Assembly (NCBI GenBank): GCA_964016885.1
Contig: OZ024752.1
Location: 46,996,001-47,060,000 of the forward strand
Length of the DNA stretch: 64,000 nucleotides
Direction of reading: 5' to 3'
DNA from: Eledone cirrhosa
Lineage: Eukaryota
Program-made: the position numbers and the translations under genes
Notes under the pieces: model-generated
Told to the model about the DNA's origin: nothing
What the model saw: the letters and a program-made list of their open reading frames with translations, nothing else
Database searches by the model: none
Shown here: positions 1-12,950 of the stretch, one piece after another
How positions within the stretch are numbered: the first letter of the stretch is position 1
Layout of the letters: each line of letters starts with the position of its first letter

Positions 1-39
<39 letters not shown>

Positions 40-194
40 CATACATATATATATATATATATATATACCCATACACACATATATATATATATATATATAC
101 CCATACACACATATATATATACTCACATTATTGTATTAACAACAACAGGTATTTTGAATTTGTCTACTATCCTACCACGTTTGTATCTCATTAG

Positions 195-341
195 GCTTGG
201 AAAATCTGTGTGGCAACATGTGCTTATACCAACCACACTGTCCTCCCAGAGGCTTTGGAACGTTGGCCTGTATCTTTGCTTGCATACTTATTACCCAGAC
301 ATCTTGAGATCATGTATGAAATCAACTCCAGGTTTCTGAAG
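195..341 (+). CDS. PYG: Glycogen phosphorylase exon ([24 protein letters not shown]...FLK)
   Basis: ttag| acceptor, |gtaagt donor, 147 nt, phase 0/0. Confidence 0.95.
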
Positions 342-3300
342 GTAAGTTTTTTTTTCTCTAATTCCCCAGACTGTTTAAGAACAGGGCTTCCCCCAAACTG
401 CCTTGTGACCGGCACAGACAAATATTGAACCACAATATGAGTTATTGTGTCAAAATAAGCAACCATACTCTCATCTCATTGTGTGAAAATAAGCAATCAT
501 ATCCATCTTGTATCAAAAGAAGCGACCCCCATCCCATGGTAGGGAAAATAAGCAATCAGCCCTATCTCATTGAACAAATTTTTATTGTTACTTTAACCCT
601 TTAACATTTAAACCAGCCGTATCTGGCCAGAATTCTCTCACCTCTTTCTTTTCAAACTGGCCTAACTGTCCACTCATACTGATGTTAAGGTATTGTTCTC
701 AAAATAAATAATATCAAAATCTCATAGATTCAATATTATGTGAGATAAAGCCTTTACCATGAAAATATAATAGTATATATAGAGTAATGTAAATGCTAGA
801 GGGTTAACGATTTTTGAAAATCATTTCTATATTTAGATTCAAAAGGGAGTGAGAAGAATAGTAATGGTGGAAGGAGGCAATGAATACAGAATATTTGTTT
901 CTCATAAAACTGTTACCTTTAGCTATTCAATAAATGTTTCACTGTATTATTACACTGGCAGAATCGGTAGAGCGTTGGACACCATGTTCTGCAGCATTGA
1001 GTTACGGCCGTTTACAATCTGAGTTGAAATCCAGCCAAGGTTAGCTTTGCCTTTCATTCTTACGAGGTTGATAAAATAAAGTACTAGTAATACACTGGGG
1101 TTCAATAAAAATTGTTGGCCTTGTGCCCATGGTAGAAATCATTTTTACACAATATAGGGCGGTGGATTGGCAGTATCGGTAGAGGGTCGGACGCCATGCT
1201 TTGCAGCATAGAGTTACGTCCCTTTACGGATTGAGTTCAAATCCCGCCGAGGTTAACTTTGCCTTTCATCCTTACGGGGTCGATAAAATAAAGTACCAGT
1301 AATACACTGGGATAATTGCTGGCCTTGTACCAAAAGTAGAAACAATTTTTACACAATATACATATAGCCACAATATTATACATATATTACCTTAACACTT
1401 CTTACTTCTTTCAGGAAGTCGCTGTCAAATATCCTGGTGATAATGGACGCATCAAGAGAATGTCTATTGTTGAAGAGGGTTCCGAAAAGAAAATCAACAT
1501 GGCTCATTTGAGTATTATTGGCTCACATGCAGTGAACGGGGTTGCTGCCCTCCATTCTGAAATTATTAAAACAACAACGTAAGTGATGTCTAAAGTGGAC
1601 TGTTCTATGACGGTATATTATTGGTATGAAAAAGACCAAGAGCTTATAGGAAAAAAAAAATAAATAAATAGACCTTCATCAGTTTCCATGTGTAGAGTTC
1701 TAGTTGTTCAGTCAACAGAACAGCCTACTAGTGTATAATTAACTTAATTCTCAGGAAGATTCAGTGTGATACTGTCTTACACAGCTGGCCCTTGGAATTA
1801 CACGTATAAGTTCAACTGACATGTTTTCACACAGATTTATCTACTTTGACGAGTTGTAGTGCACCTGAGCACTTTACACAATAATTTCATTATTATTATT
1901 ATTATTATTATTATTAGGGCGGTGGATTGGCAGTATCGGTAGAGAGTCGGACGCCATGCTTTCCAGCATAGTTACATCCCTTTACGGTCTGAGTTCAAAT
2001 CCCGCCGAGGTTAACTTTGCCTTTCATCCTTACGGGGTCGATAAAATAAAGTACCAGTAATGCACTGGGTAATTGCTGGCCTTGTGCCTAAAGTAGAAAC
2101 AATTATTATTATTATTAAATGATGATGATGATATATATCATGTGTATGTGTGTGTAACCCATAAATAAGTTACATCTATTTAGCTTTTATCAGTATATTT
2201 ATACATCAATATATTTCAATCTATTTCAATATATATCAATATATTTATATTTCCTCAGTTTCAAAGATTTCCATGATATGTTTCCTAAACGTTTCCAAAA
2301 CAAAACCAATGGTATCACTCCACGTCGTTGGCTGTTGCTATGCAACCCTGGACTTTCTGACATCATTGCTGATGTGAGTAATTTTATTCTGTTCATTATT
2401 TTCCAAGTAATATTTCAGTTTAACCCATTCGATACCAACCCTGATTCTACAGTATATAAAACTGTTTATTTGAACCCTTTAGCATTTAAACTGGATATAT
2501 CTGACCAGAATTCTCTCACCTCTTTCTGTTTAAACCAACTGTATCTGACCAGAATTCTCTCACCTCTTTCTGTTTAAACCAACTGTATCTGAACAGAATT
2601 CTCTCACCACTTTCTGTTTAAACCAACTGTATCTGAACAGAATTCTCTCACTTCTTTCTGTTTAAACTGGATATATCTGGCCAGAATTCTCTTACCTCTT
2701 TCTGTTTAAACTGGCTGTATCCGGCCAAAATTCTCTCACCTCTTTCTGTTTAAACCAACTGTATCTGAACAGAATTCTCTCACCTCTTTCTGTTTAAACC
2801 AACTGTATCTGACCAGAATTCACTCACCTCTTTCTATTTAAACCAACTGTATCTGAACAGAATTCTCTCACCTCTTTCTGTTTAAACCAACTGTATCTGA
2901 ACAGAATTCTCTCACCTCTTTCTGTTTAAACCAACTGTATCTGAACAGAATTCTCTCACTTCTTTCTGTTTAAACTGGATATATCTGAACAGAATTCTCT
3001 CACCTCTTTCTGTTTAAACTGGATGTATCTGAACAGAATTCTCTCACCTCTTTCTGTTTAAACTGGCTGTATCCGGCCAAAATTCTCTTACCTCTTTCTG
3101 TTCAAACCGGCCATAACTGGCTGCTCGTACTTATGTTAAGGTATTGTTCTCAAAATAAATACTATCAAAATCTCGTAGATTTGATATTATGTGAGATAAC
3201 GTCTTTATTGTGAAAATACTATAGTAAATATAGAGTAATGTAATTATCAAAAGGGTTAAATTGTTAAACTGAAATAAAAATGTTTATATAATGTTATGAT

Positions 3301-3640
3301 TTTTTGGGGTTTTTGTTTTTGTTGCAGAAAATTGGTGAAAGTTGGGTTACAGATCTTTTTAAATTGAAGCAACTGGAAAAACATATCGATGATCCTAACT
3401 TCTTGAGAGATATCATGAGAGTGAAACAAGTAAGTGTTTAATGTATCATAGACAGACATTGAATTCTTGCTGTTAAATGGTTATACCTCCCACAGCGACC
3501 TTAGAGTAAGGGCTAGCTGGACCAAGAGATAAAAGCCAGTCTGAAGAAAGTGAACATGAAAGCCGAGAGAACCCTCTGTAGGCAACAAATTCAGAGTAAT
3601 CCTACTTAATGCCTATGGCAGTAAAGAACGCACCTTCACT

Positions 3641-3676
<36 letters not shown>

Positions 3677-6600
3677 TATATACATATATAGGGCGGGTAA
3701 AATTCCCGAGATCCATAGACAAGTTCTCTCCACCGGTCTTTGTCCTTCATCATCGCTGCCATGTCCTGTGTCTCCCGGAGACCAGTGTCTGTCCTTAGGG
3801 CATCAATATATCTCAACCTCGGTCTCCCTCTTCTAGTGTGTCCATGTAGGGGCTCCCATAGGAGCACTGAGTGCAGTGTCAACTCTGAATGTATACATAT
3901 TTTATTTTATTTTTTTTTTTTTTCAATTTTTAGGAAAATAAAATGAAGTTGGCTGGCTACTTGGAGAAACACCAAAAGATCAAAGTGAACACTGCCTCCA
4001 TCTTTGATATCCAAGTGAAGAGAATTCATGAGTACAAGAGGCAGTTGTTGAATGTTTTACACATCATTTATCTTTACAACAAGATCAAGAAGAATCCAAA
4101 CGGCCAGTTTGTCCCCAGAACAGTTATGATAGGAGGAAAGGTAATATATATATTTTTATATCTTCCATTATTTTCTAAAATGTAATATGGAGGCACATGG
4201 CTTAGTGGTTAGAGCATTGGCCTTGCAATCGAAAGGTTGTGAGTTCAATTCTCAGACCGGGTGATGTGTTGGTTCCTTGAGCAAGACACTTTATTTCACA
4301 TTGCTCCAGTTTACTCAGCTGTAGAAATGAGATGATAGGGACTGGGGGGTCCATATCATTCCACTGCAAAGTGGTCGTGGAGGTGCCATGGCAAAAAAGC
4401 ACCCAGCACTCACTGTAAATGAGGTTGGTGTTAGGAAGGGCATCCAGCTGTAGAAATCAAGCCAGCATCAGTTCCCATCCCACCCTTGCAAGCAGGGAAA
4501 AGGGGACGTAAAATGAAATGATGATGAATATATGCAGTGTTCTCTTTTTACTACAACAATAACAACTTCTGCCACCTTCCCTTGCATACGAAGTTAAGCC
4601 TACAGTCAGTAGGTACCTCTTCGCCAAATATATACCCCACCCCTCTACCCCTATTCCATCCTCCCACTTCCACCCACACCACCCTTTCTCTGTGAAGTTA
4701 TGTTGGTACCACAGAACATCTCCAGTCCACACTGTAGAGTGGTCGTGTAGGTGTCACGACAAAGAGCACCCAGTCCACGCTGTAAAGTGGTCGTGTAGGA
4801 GACCCGGTAAAAAGGCTCCCAATCCACACTGTAAATGTGGTTGGTGTTAGGAAGGGCGTCCAGCTGTAGAAAACCTGCCAGATACAGCCCTATACGAGCG
4901 AGACACGGTCACCCAACCAATCTTGCCTCAAGCGGGACAATCTCGTCTAACCCATGCTAGCTTGGAAGAATGGACATTAAACGATGATGATGACTATCTA
5001 CAAAGCTCAGTTAAGACCAATAATGGTGTACTGCTCCCACATTTAGGATAATGTTGCTGCCGCAAACCCACACAGACATCCTAGACCACATACCCCCAAC
5101 CCAAGTCATTCACAAATACACTCCAGCCTTTGGCTCACAAATCTTCTGTCTCTTCTCTCTATCTTTTCTACCGCTACTACAATGGGAGCTGGCTGTTGTC
5201 GAGCCACTTCCAGGATTTAGTAACATAACTAACTATCTCATTATTAAGCTCAACACACGGCCCATCCATCTCGTTCCATTTCTCTTCACAACATTCATCA
5301 CCGGCTCCTCTATTTCTCTCACCCATGGCCTTTCATCGTTCCTCAACACATGACATACAGAAAATCAAATATATTTGCTCTCACATACAATAGACTTAAA
5401 TATATTTACCTTCACCCACAAGTTTCTCTTACACACTTAAGTATACTAATATATTTTTAAAACCTATTTCAGGCTGCCCCTGGTTACCACATGGCAAAGT
5501 TAATTATTAAACTTATTACTGCCGTTGGAAATATTGTGAACAATGATCCAGTAGTTGGCGACCGCTTAAAAGTTGTTTTCTTAGAGAACTATCGTGTAAC
5601 TTTTGCTGAGAAAATCATGCCCGCAGCTGACCTTAGTGAACAGATTTCTACAGCCGGTACAGAAGCATCAGGTACTGGTAACATGAAGTTCCAACTGAAT
5701 GGTGGGCTCACAATTGGTACACTTGATGGTGCCAATGTTGAAATGAAAGAAGAAATGGGAGAAGATAACATTTTCATCTTTGGTATGACTGTTAAACAAG
5801 TAGAAAAACTAAAGAGTCAGTAAGTAACCTTTATCTATTCTTTTTCTTGTTTCTAAAGAATTTCGTCAGACAAAATTACCAAATTCCTTCAGCATGTGGA
5901 ATCAATATATTATTAACCCGTTGACTGCTGTGTATATTTTACACAGCTACAGTTGCTATGTTGACTGCCGTGTATGTTTTACACAGCTACAGTTGCTGTG
6001 TTGACTGCCGTGTATGTTTTACACAGCTACAGTTGCTGTGTTGACTGCCGTGTATATTTTACACAGCTACAGTTGCTGTGTTGACTACTGTGTATATTTT
6101 ACACAGCTACAGTTGCTGCGTTGACTACTGTGTATATTTTACACAGCTACAGTTGCTGCGTTGACTACCGTGTATATTTTACACAGCTACAGTTGCTGCG
6201 TTGACTACTGTGTATATTTTACACAGCTACAGTTGCTGTGTTGACTACCGTGTATATTTTACACAGCTACAGTTGCTGTGTTGACTACTGTGTATATTTT
6301 ACACAGCTACAGTTGCTGTGTTGACTGCCGTGTATATTTTACACAGCTACAGTTGCTGTGTTGACTACTGTGTATATTTTACACAGCTACAGTTGCTGTG
6401 TTGACTACCGTGTATATTTTACACAGCTACAGTTGCTGTGTTGACTACCGTGTATATTTTACACAGCTACAGTTGCTGTGTTGACTACCGTGTATATTTT
6501 ACACAGCTACAGTTGCTGTGTTGACTACTGTGTATATTTTACACAGCTACAGTTGCTGTGTTGACTGCCGTGTATATTTTACACAGCTACAGTTGCTGTG

Positions 6601-9510
6601 TTGACTACCGTGTATATTTTACACAGCTACAGTTGCTGTGTTGACTACCGTGTATATTTTACACAGCTACAGTTGCTGTGTTGACTACCGTGTATATTTT
6701 ACACAGCTACAGTGGCTGTGTTGACTGCCGTGTATATTTTACACAGCTACAGTTGCTGTGTTGACTACTGTGTATATTTTACACAGCTACAGTTGCTGTG
6801 CCGAGGTTTTTGTTCAGTAAAATGACTATAGTTTTAAACAAACATTTATTAACAACACATATCTGAATAATTGACAAACGTCACATCAGTAAACTAGTAA
6901 CGCCATCTAGCTTTGAAGTTATGAACTGTTGGAAATGATTTCACAACTTTGAAGTTATGAACTGTTGGAAACGATTTCACAACTTTGAAGTTATGAACTG
7001 TTGGAAACGATTTCACAACTTTGAAGTTATGAACTGTTGGAAATGATTTCACAACTTTGAAGTTATGAACTGTTGGAAACGATTTCACAACTTTGAAGTT
7101 ATGAACTGTTGGAAACGATTTCACAACTGTGAAGTTATGAACTGTTGGAAATGATTCCACAACTGTGAAGTTATGAACTGTTGGAAATGATTTCACAACT
7201 GTGAAGTTATGAACTGTTGGAAATGATTTCACAACTGTGAAGTTATGAACTGTTGGAAATGATTTCACAACTGTGAAGTTATGAACTGTTGGAAATGATT
7301 TCACAACTTTGAAGTTATGAACCTCATTATTTTGTTAAAATCTGTTTTTATTAAGTTGTATTCCAAATATAATTTTGTTTTCTGTATTGAACAGATACAA
7401 TCCAAATGATTACATTAATAAAATACCAGAGCTTAAACACATTCTGGAGCAGATCCGTGACAACCATTTCTGCTCTCATGAGCCAGGACTTTTCACAGAT
7501 ATTTATAATACCTTGGCACACAGTGATCAGTAAGTAATCAGTTTTCTTTTCCTTTATTTTATATCTGTTTGTAGCTAGTAGCAAATTGACAGTCATTCAG
7601 GTGTTGGATTAAATGCCTTTAGCATTTAAACCGACCGTATCCGGCCAGAATTCTCTCACCTCTTTCTGTTCAAACCAGCCATAACTGGTGGCTCATACTG
7701 ATGTTAAGGTATTGTTCTCAAAATAAATAATATCAAAATCTCATAGATTCGATATTATGTGAGATAAAGCCTCTACCATGAAAATACAATAGTAAATATA
7801 GAGTAATGTGAATGCTATGTGAGATAATTATGTAAGATAAAGCCTCTACCACGAAAATACAATAGTAAATATAGAGTAATGTGAATGCTATGTGAGATAA
7901 TTATGTAAGATAAAGCCTCTACCACGAAAATACAATAGTAAATATAGAGTAATGTGAATGCTATGTGAGATAATTATGTAAGATAAAGCCTCTACCACGA
8001 AAATACAATAGTAAATATAGAGTAATGTGAATGCTATGTGAGATAATTATGTAAGATAAAGCCTCTACCACGAAAATACAATAGTAAATATAGAGTAATG
8101 TGAATGCTAAAGGGTTAAATGCCTCAGTATCTGTTCTGGTTTACTGTCCTCTAGTCATTTTTACCTTTCATCTTTTCATGTTCGGTAAATAAAGTACTAG
8201 CCCAGCAGCAGTGAATTAACAATTGTTAATGAGTCAAACAGGATGCTTTGTGCTAACAGATCTAGCTGTGTGTGTTCTGAGTTCAAATCCCACCACTGAG
8301 CAGAAGAATCACCAATGGAAAGACCAATGCAAACATAGTTTCCACTGCATTACCACTCTACAGTGTGTATTGGGGTCATTTTATTGTGGCACAATCACTA
8401 CCACTTTAACAGAGTACACTGGGTGCATTTTATCATGGCACCAACACTAGAGAGATTGTCATGTACTCAGTATGACTGAAGAAGCTTCTCTACCCTATAT
8501 AATTTCTGTTCCATATATATATATGGAGGCACATGGCTTAGTGGTTAGAGCATTGGTCTTGCAATCGAAAGGTTGTGAGTTCAATTCTCAGATCGGGTGA
8601 TGTGTTGTTTCCTTGAGCAAGACACTTTATTTCACATTGCTCCAGTTTACTCAGCTGTAGAAATGAGATGATAGGGACTGGGGTCCCTATCATTCCACTG
8701 TAAAGTGGTCGTGGAGGTAGAAATCAAGCCAAAATCAGTTCCCGTCCCACCCTTGCAAGCAGGGAAAAGCGGACGTAAAATGATGATGATGATGATGATA
8801 TATATATATATGAAAAAATAATGATAACAAGGTTCAATACATTAATATATTGATCCTTGGTGATTATAATATTTTCGAGCGAAACACGGTCTCCCGACCA
8901 TTCCCGCATCAAATGGAACAAAACTGTCCAACCCATGCCAGCGTTGAAGATGGACATTAAACAAGGATGATGATGATGATGATCTGCTCTGGTTTTGTAA
9001 TACTACAATGACTGGAAATTTACAAATTGATTTTTAACCCTGAACTGCTGTCTTTTACCAATCTTGATCTGGATAGAATTACATTAGATCTTTAAAGATC
9101 TGACTGCCTTATACAGTTGTATCATCAAATCATATAATCTACTTTTTATATATAATCAATGGACCTGCTATTTTACTCTAAAAAAATGTTTTTCTATTTC
9201 CACCCTGCCTGTCTCCTCAGTCTTTCTATTTCATCTTTAATTTCTCATTCTATTTTCTGATGAAGGACTAGCATCCGAGACATTAAGACGCTTTTCCTAC
9301 TATATCAAGCATAAAACTAATAATATATTTCTTCATTGTACTGTGTCGTTTGCTTTGCTTTGTTATTTCTGTTTGCCTTTTGCATAGACACATACATAAA
9401 CAGTTCTGTACAAGCGAGACACGGTCTCCCGACCAATCTCGTCTCAAGTGGGACAAAACCGTCCAACCCATGCTAGCGTAGAAGATGAACTTTAAACGAT
9501 GATGATGATG

Positions 9511-9546
<36 letters not shown>

Positions 9547-12110
9547 TTAATAATTTTTTCTACATTAGGCACAAGGCCAGCAATTACCCAGTGCATTACT
9601 GGTACTTTATTTTTATCGACCCCGTAAGGATGAAAGGCAAAGTCAACCTCAGCGGGATTTGAACTCAGTCCGTAAAGGGACGTAACTGTGCTGCAAAGCA
9701 TGGCGTCCGACCGTCTACCGATACTGCCAATCTACCGCCCTTATATATATTTAATAATGTTGATTGAATATATCTGTGTTCTACTATTTCAGTTATATGC
9801 TGTGTGCTGACTTTGAGAGTTACATCAAGAGCCAAGCAAAGGTAGAGGAAGTTTTCAAGGTGAGAAAATGATAACATATTTATTTAATTATTTATATTTT
9901 TATTATACATTTACTGCCTTTTAACCCTTTAGTTGTTAAAACCGGCCAAAACCGGCCAGAATTCTCTACCTCTTTCTGTTGAAACTGGCTGTAACTGGCC
10001 ACTCATACTGATGTTAAGGTATTGTCCTCAAAATAAATACTTTCAAAATCTCATAGATTCGATATTATGTGAGATAATTATGTGAGGTAAAGCCTTTACC
10101 ATGAAAATATAATAGTATATATAGAGTAATGTGAATGCTAAAGGGTTAAGTTAAATTTATATTATATTAACCGTACAGCATTTTTGTTTGTCTGTCATTC
10201 AAACACTATGCTCTGTCAAAGATGTTCTAGAAAGTTCGATCGACAATATCCTAGACCTTATTCACTTACTGAATGGGGTGGAACTCGTCAAATCGGATCA
10301 AGGAAACAATGTTTCCATTGGTCTTTCCATTGTTGATACTATCTACCAGTTGCAACTCCTGGCAGAAAAACGTTCTAATATGTTTTTATTTAGAATTTTA
10401 GAATTCATGTAACCTGAAGACAAGGTGGGGGACAGAGCAAATGTTCTAAATTTTTCTTTGCTAACAGTGTGGTCCACCTGTCTTTTTCTTTTCCTGTCTA
10501 TCACTATATATATATATGAACATTCACACACATATTATTGGCATATTACAATTGTTTCAATATCGATCCTATTTACTTTATTTACACTCTGCACACTACG
10601 GCCATCTTATCCCTGGAATACAACCCTACACGAGATGGACCTCGTAACAGCATCGAGTGCTTCAAATGGTACACTGCCTGCCTGTAACTGTAGTTACACA
10701 CCTAACTAATAAACATATATATATATATATCTATAAAATGCACACAATGCAGATCCTGGGTACACAAGAGATGTAGCGGGATAGCAGGCAAACTAACAGG
10801 TAGGGAGAAATATGTATGCAGTAGATGTACAGGGAAATTAGACAGTAGAAGTCGCATTGATAGACACATTTTTCAAATGCAGGAGGGTGCTATAGAAGTG
10901 GTGGATAGCTTCCGGTACCTAGGAGATCAAATTAGCATGGGAGGGGGGGGGGGGTTCCGAGGCCATAGTATCTAGAATAAGGAAGAAGTTTAGGGAGCTG
11001 CTTCCTCTGCTGACGAAGAAGGGTTTCTCCCTGCGTATGAAAGGCCGGTTATATGATGCCTGTGTGAGGAGCGCGATGCTGCATGGTAGTGAGACATGGG
11101 CAGCAACTGCAGAGGATATGCGATGGCTGGAGAGAAATGAGGCAAGCATGCTCCGTTGGATGTGCAGTGTAAATGTGCGTGAACGACCCAGCATGAATGT
11201 GTTGAGAGAGAAACTGTGTCTGAGAGGGATAGAATGTAGTGTACGGGAGAGGAGACTGAGGTGGTATGGACATGTGATGCGCATGAAGGATGACCGATGG
11301 GTGAAGAAGTGCCAGGAAATGCCAGTTGAAGGAAGACGTGGTAGAGGTAGACCACAAAAAACATGGGCGGAGGTGGTGAGAGCAGACCTCAGATCGTTGA
11401 AGCTCACGGTGGAGATGACGAAGGACCGTGACGAGTGGAGAGATGCTGTGCTGAATAAGACCCGTCCCACCCTTGCAAGCAGGGAAGAGCGGACGTAAAA
11501 TGATGATGATGATATATATATATATATATAAAGTGACAATAAGAATTGCAGCTTTTTGTAAACTTCATTTCATATTACAATTGTTTCTATCCTGATCAGC
11601 TCGGGTTTGGTATATATATAACAAAGAAAGTGTGGTAAGGAACCAGGTGGACCATAGCGTACCAGAGTACTTGATAATTATGGTATATATATATATATAT
11701 ATACCAAAAGCTCAAAAGTGACACAGAGGAGACTGAGGTTGGCTGGACATGCTCACTGACATCCAGAGTTGACATTGCACTCAGTGCTCCTTTGGGAGCC
11801 CCTACATGGACACACTAGAAGGGGAAGACCAAGGTTAACATATGTTGATGCCCTAAGGACAGACACTGGTCTGTTGGAGATGCAGGATATGGCAGCGATA
11901 ATGAGGGACAGAGACCGCTGGAGAGAACTCGTCCATGGATCTCGGGAATTTTACCCGCCTTAGATAGATTAGATAGATATATATATCTTATTGCTCATTT
12001 AAGGACTGGCATCCAAAACGTGAAGACCCTCTTCCTGCTATATCAAGCGTTAACCTAATATATCCTTTCCATATACTGTACCGATTATGTTGTTATTTCT
12101 GTTTACCTTT

Positions 12111-12151
<41 letters not shown>

Positions 12152-12378
12152 AAATGGGGAGAAGAATACTGCAGGTTGCACATGGATAACATGTAATAAA
12201 ATGAGTCCCTCATCAGTGATTTGCCGATGATCATAGATATTTCATTGCATTAAAAATCATATACCTCACGTCGGTGCAATAATAACTAAATTAAGTTATT
12301 AGGACAATTAAAACGCGTAAAGCGAGTGAGACAAGATAACAACAAAGAGGAGAGCTAACCGTATAACACATACTTTAC

Positions 12379-12440
<62 letters not shown>

Positions 12441-12767
12441 GTAAAGTATGTGTTAGTTAATCATCAACACTATTGTATGCAGAATAGAGCACTGACCAAA
12501 GTATACAAATAGGTCTGTTTACTCCAGAGTATAATTATAATAATGAAGTACAAGTCAATAGATAAGTATATATATACATAGATATTTATTTATTCATTCA
12601 TTTACATTTTCTTTCCACAGAACCCTTTAGAATGGGCTAAAAAATGTGTTTACAACATTGCTGCATCCGGAAAATTCTCCAGTGATCGTACAATTAGTGA
12701 ATATGCTCGTGAGATTTGGGGTGTTGAGCCATCAGATATGAAACTTCCACCTCCTGGTAGTGACTAA
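195..12767 (+). CDS. PYG: Glycogen phosphorylase, 3' portion (5' exons lie before the window). Exons 195-341, 1415-1578, 2259-2373, 3328-3429, 3934-4140, 5473-5819, 7395-7529, 9793-9859, 12621-12767
   Basis: Spliced translation contains [74 protein letters not shown], the PLP-lysine motif [26 protein letters not shown] and [18 protein letters not shown]. All introns are GT-AG and phases join without frameshift. TAA at 12765-12767. Confidence 0.97.
1157..1345 (+). mobile_element. tRNA-derived SINE family A (central GCCTTTCATCCTT..GGGGTCGATAAAATAAAGTACCAG, Meta-domain-like). Other copies about 1917-2103, 9555-9741(-), 20326-20500(-), 26353-26543(-), 37030-37213, 38094-38269(-), 48795-48985, 53020-53210
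   Basis: A-box-like TGGCAGTATCGG and B-box GAGTTCAAATCC, (ATT)n tail, and a 16-bp TSD ATTTTTACACAATATA (1141-1156 / 1345-1360). Confidence 0.85.
1415..1578 (+). CDS. PYG: Glycogen phosphorylase exon (EVAVKYPGD...[26 protein letters not shown])
   Basis: tttcag| acceptor, |gtaagt donor, 164 nt; not in the ORF track. Confidence 0.95.
2259..2373 (+). CDS. PYG: Glycogen phosphorylase exon ([24 protein letters not shown]...IAD)
   Basis: cctcag| acceptor, |gtgagt donor, 115 nt. Confidence 0.95.
2500..3110 (+). repeat. 44-bp tandem array derived from the TTAA MITE left arm
   Basis: Unit TTTAAACCAACTGTATCTGAACAGAATTCTCTCACCTCTTTCTG, about 14 copies. Confidence 0.9.
3328..3429 (+). CDS. PYG: Glycogen phosphorylase exon ([16 protein letters not shown]...RVKQ)
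   Basis: ttgcag| acceptor, |gtaagt donor, 102 nt. Confidence 0.93.
3934..4140 (+). CDS. PYG: Glycogen phosphorylase exon (ENKMKLA...[12 protein letters not shown]...MIGGK)
   Basis: ttttag| acceptor, |gtaata donor, 207 nt. Confidence 0.95.
4189..4526 (+). mobile_element. tRNA-derived SINE family B (CORE-like TCCTTGAGCAAGACACTT, RTE-derived tail). Copies about 8526-8797, 34288-34619(-), 49036-49371(-)
   Basis: A-box TGGCTTAGTGG, B-box GAGTTCAATTC; 3' end CCCACCCTTGCAAGCAGGGAAAAGCGGACGTAAAA(TGA)n shared with the RTE LINE. Confidence 0.8.
5473..5819 (+). CDS. PYG: Glycogen phosphorylase exon with the PLP-binding lysine (AAPGYH...[10 protein letters not shown]...)
   Basis: tttcag| acceptor, |gtaagt donor, 347 nt. 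Confidence 0.96.
5921..6800 (+). repeat. 40-bp minisatellite, 22 copies
   Basis: Unit TTGACTRCYGTGTATATTTTACACAGCTACAGTTGCTGTG. Confidence 0.95.
6911..7322 (+). repeat. 36-bp minisatellite, about 11 copies
   Basis: Unit TTGAAGTTATGAACTGTTGGAAAYGATTTCACAACT. Confidence 0.95.
7395..7529 (+). CDS. PYG: Glycogen phosphorylase exon ([20 protein letters not shown]...HSD)
   Basis: aacag| acceptor, |gtaagt donor, 135 nt, phases match both neighbours. Confidence 0.92.
7760..8110 (+). repeat. 73-bp tandem array derived from the TTAA MITE right arm
   Basis: TGTAAGATAAAGCC recurs at 7831, 7904 and 7977; about 5 copies ending in the TIR GCTAAAGGGTTAA. Confidence 0.9.
9793..9859 (+). CDS. PYG: Glycogen phosphorylase exon ([22 protein letters not shown])
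   Basis: tttcag| acceptor, |gtgaga donor, 67 nt. Confidence 0.92.
10732..11512 (+). mobile_element. RTE-clade LINE, 5'-truncated 3' fragment. Further fragments about 41270-41555, 42360-42665(-), 43162-43535
   Basis: [58 protein letters not shown]; ends in (TGA)n. Confidence 0.9.
11705..11965 (+). mobile_element. RTE-like LINE 3' fragment, second family; inverted copy about 3690-3885(-)
   Basis: RRLRLAGHA...[23 protein letters not shown]...[10 protein letters not shown] in both copies. Confidence 0.75.
12621..12767 (+). CDS. PYG: Glycogen phosphorylase last coding exon (NPLEWAKK...[18 protein letters not shown]...GSD*)
   Basis: ccacag| acceptor, TAA stop. Confidence 0.95.
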   Translation, partial: NPLEWAKKCVYNIAASGKFSSDRTISEYAREIWGVEPSDMKLPPPGSD

Positions 12768-12950
12768 ACAGGCAATTCAGTAAACTCCAATGCTGTTCTA
12801 TTATCTTGTTGGTATTTTACACGTATGATACTATGAACTGTGTTAAATTTTCCTAGCAATTGTATTTAAAATATTTACAATATCCTTACACTAAAATCAA
12901 GATATTGTTTAGCAGATTTTTCCAACATGTCCCACTTGTTATTAGATTAT

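Noticed and set aside
4189-4262. tRNA-like sequences with A/B boxes (also 8526, 34550, 49300, 49820)
   Set aside because: These are SINE heads continuing into CORE-like bodies, with no proper acceptor stem; not called as tRNA genes
5921-7322. Regularly spaced 36-40-bp repeats resembling a CRISPR array, and the 136-aa ORF at 6894-7304
   Set aside because: Head-to-tail units without unique spacers, no cas genes, eukaryotic intron
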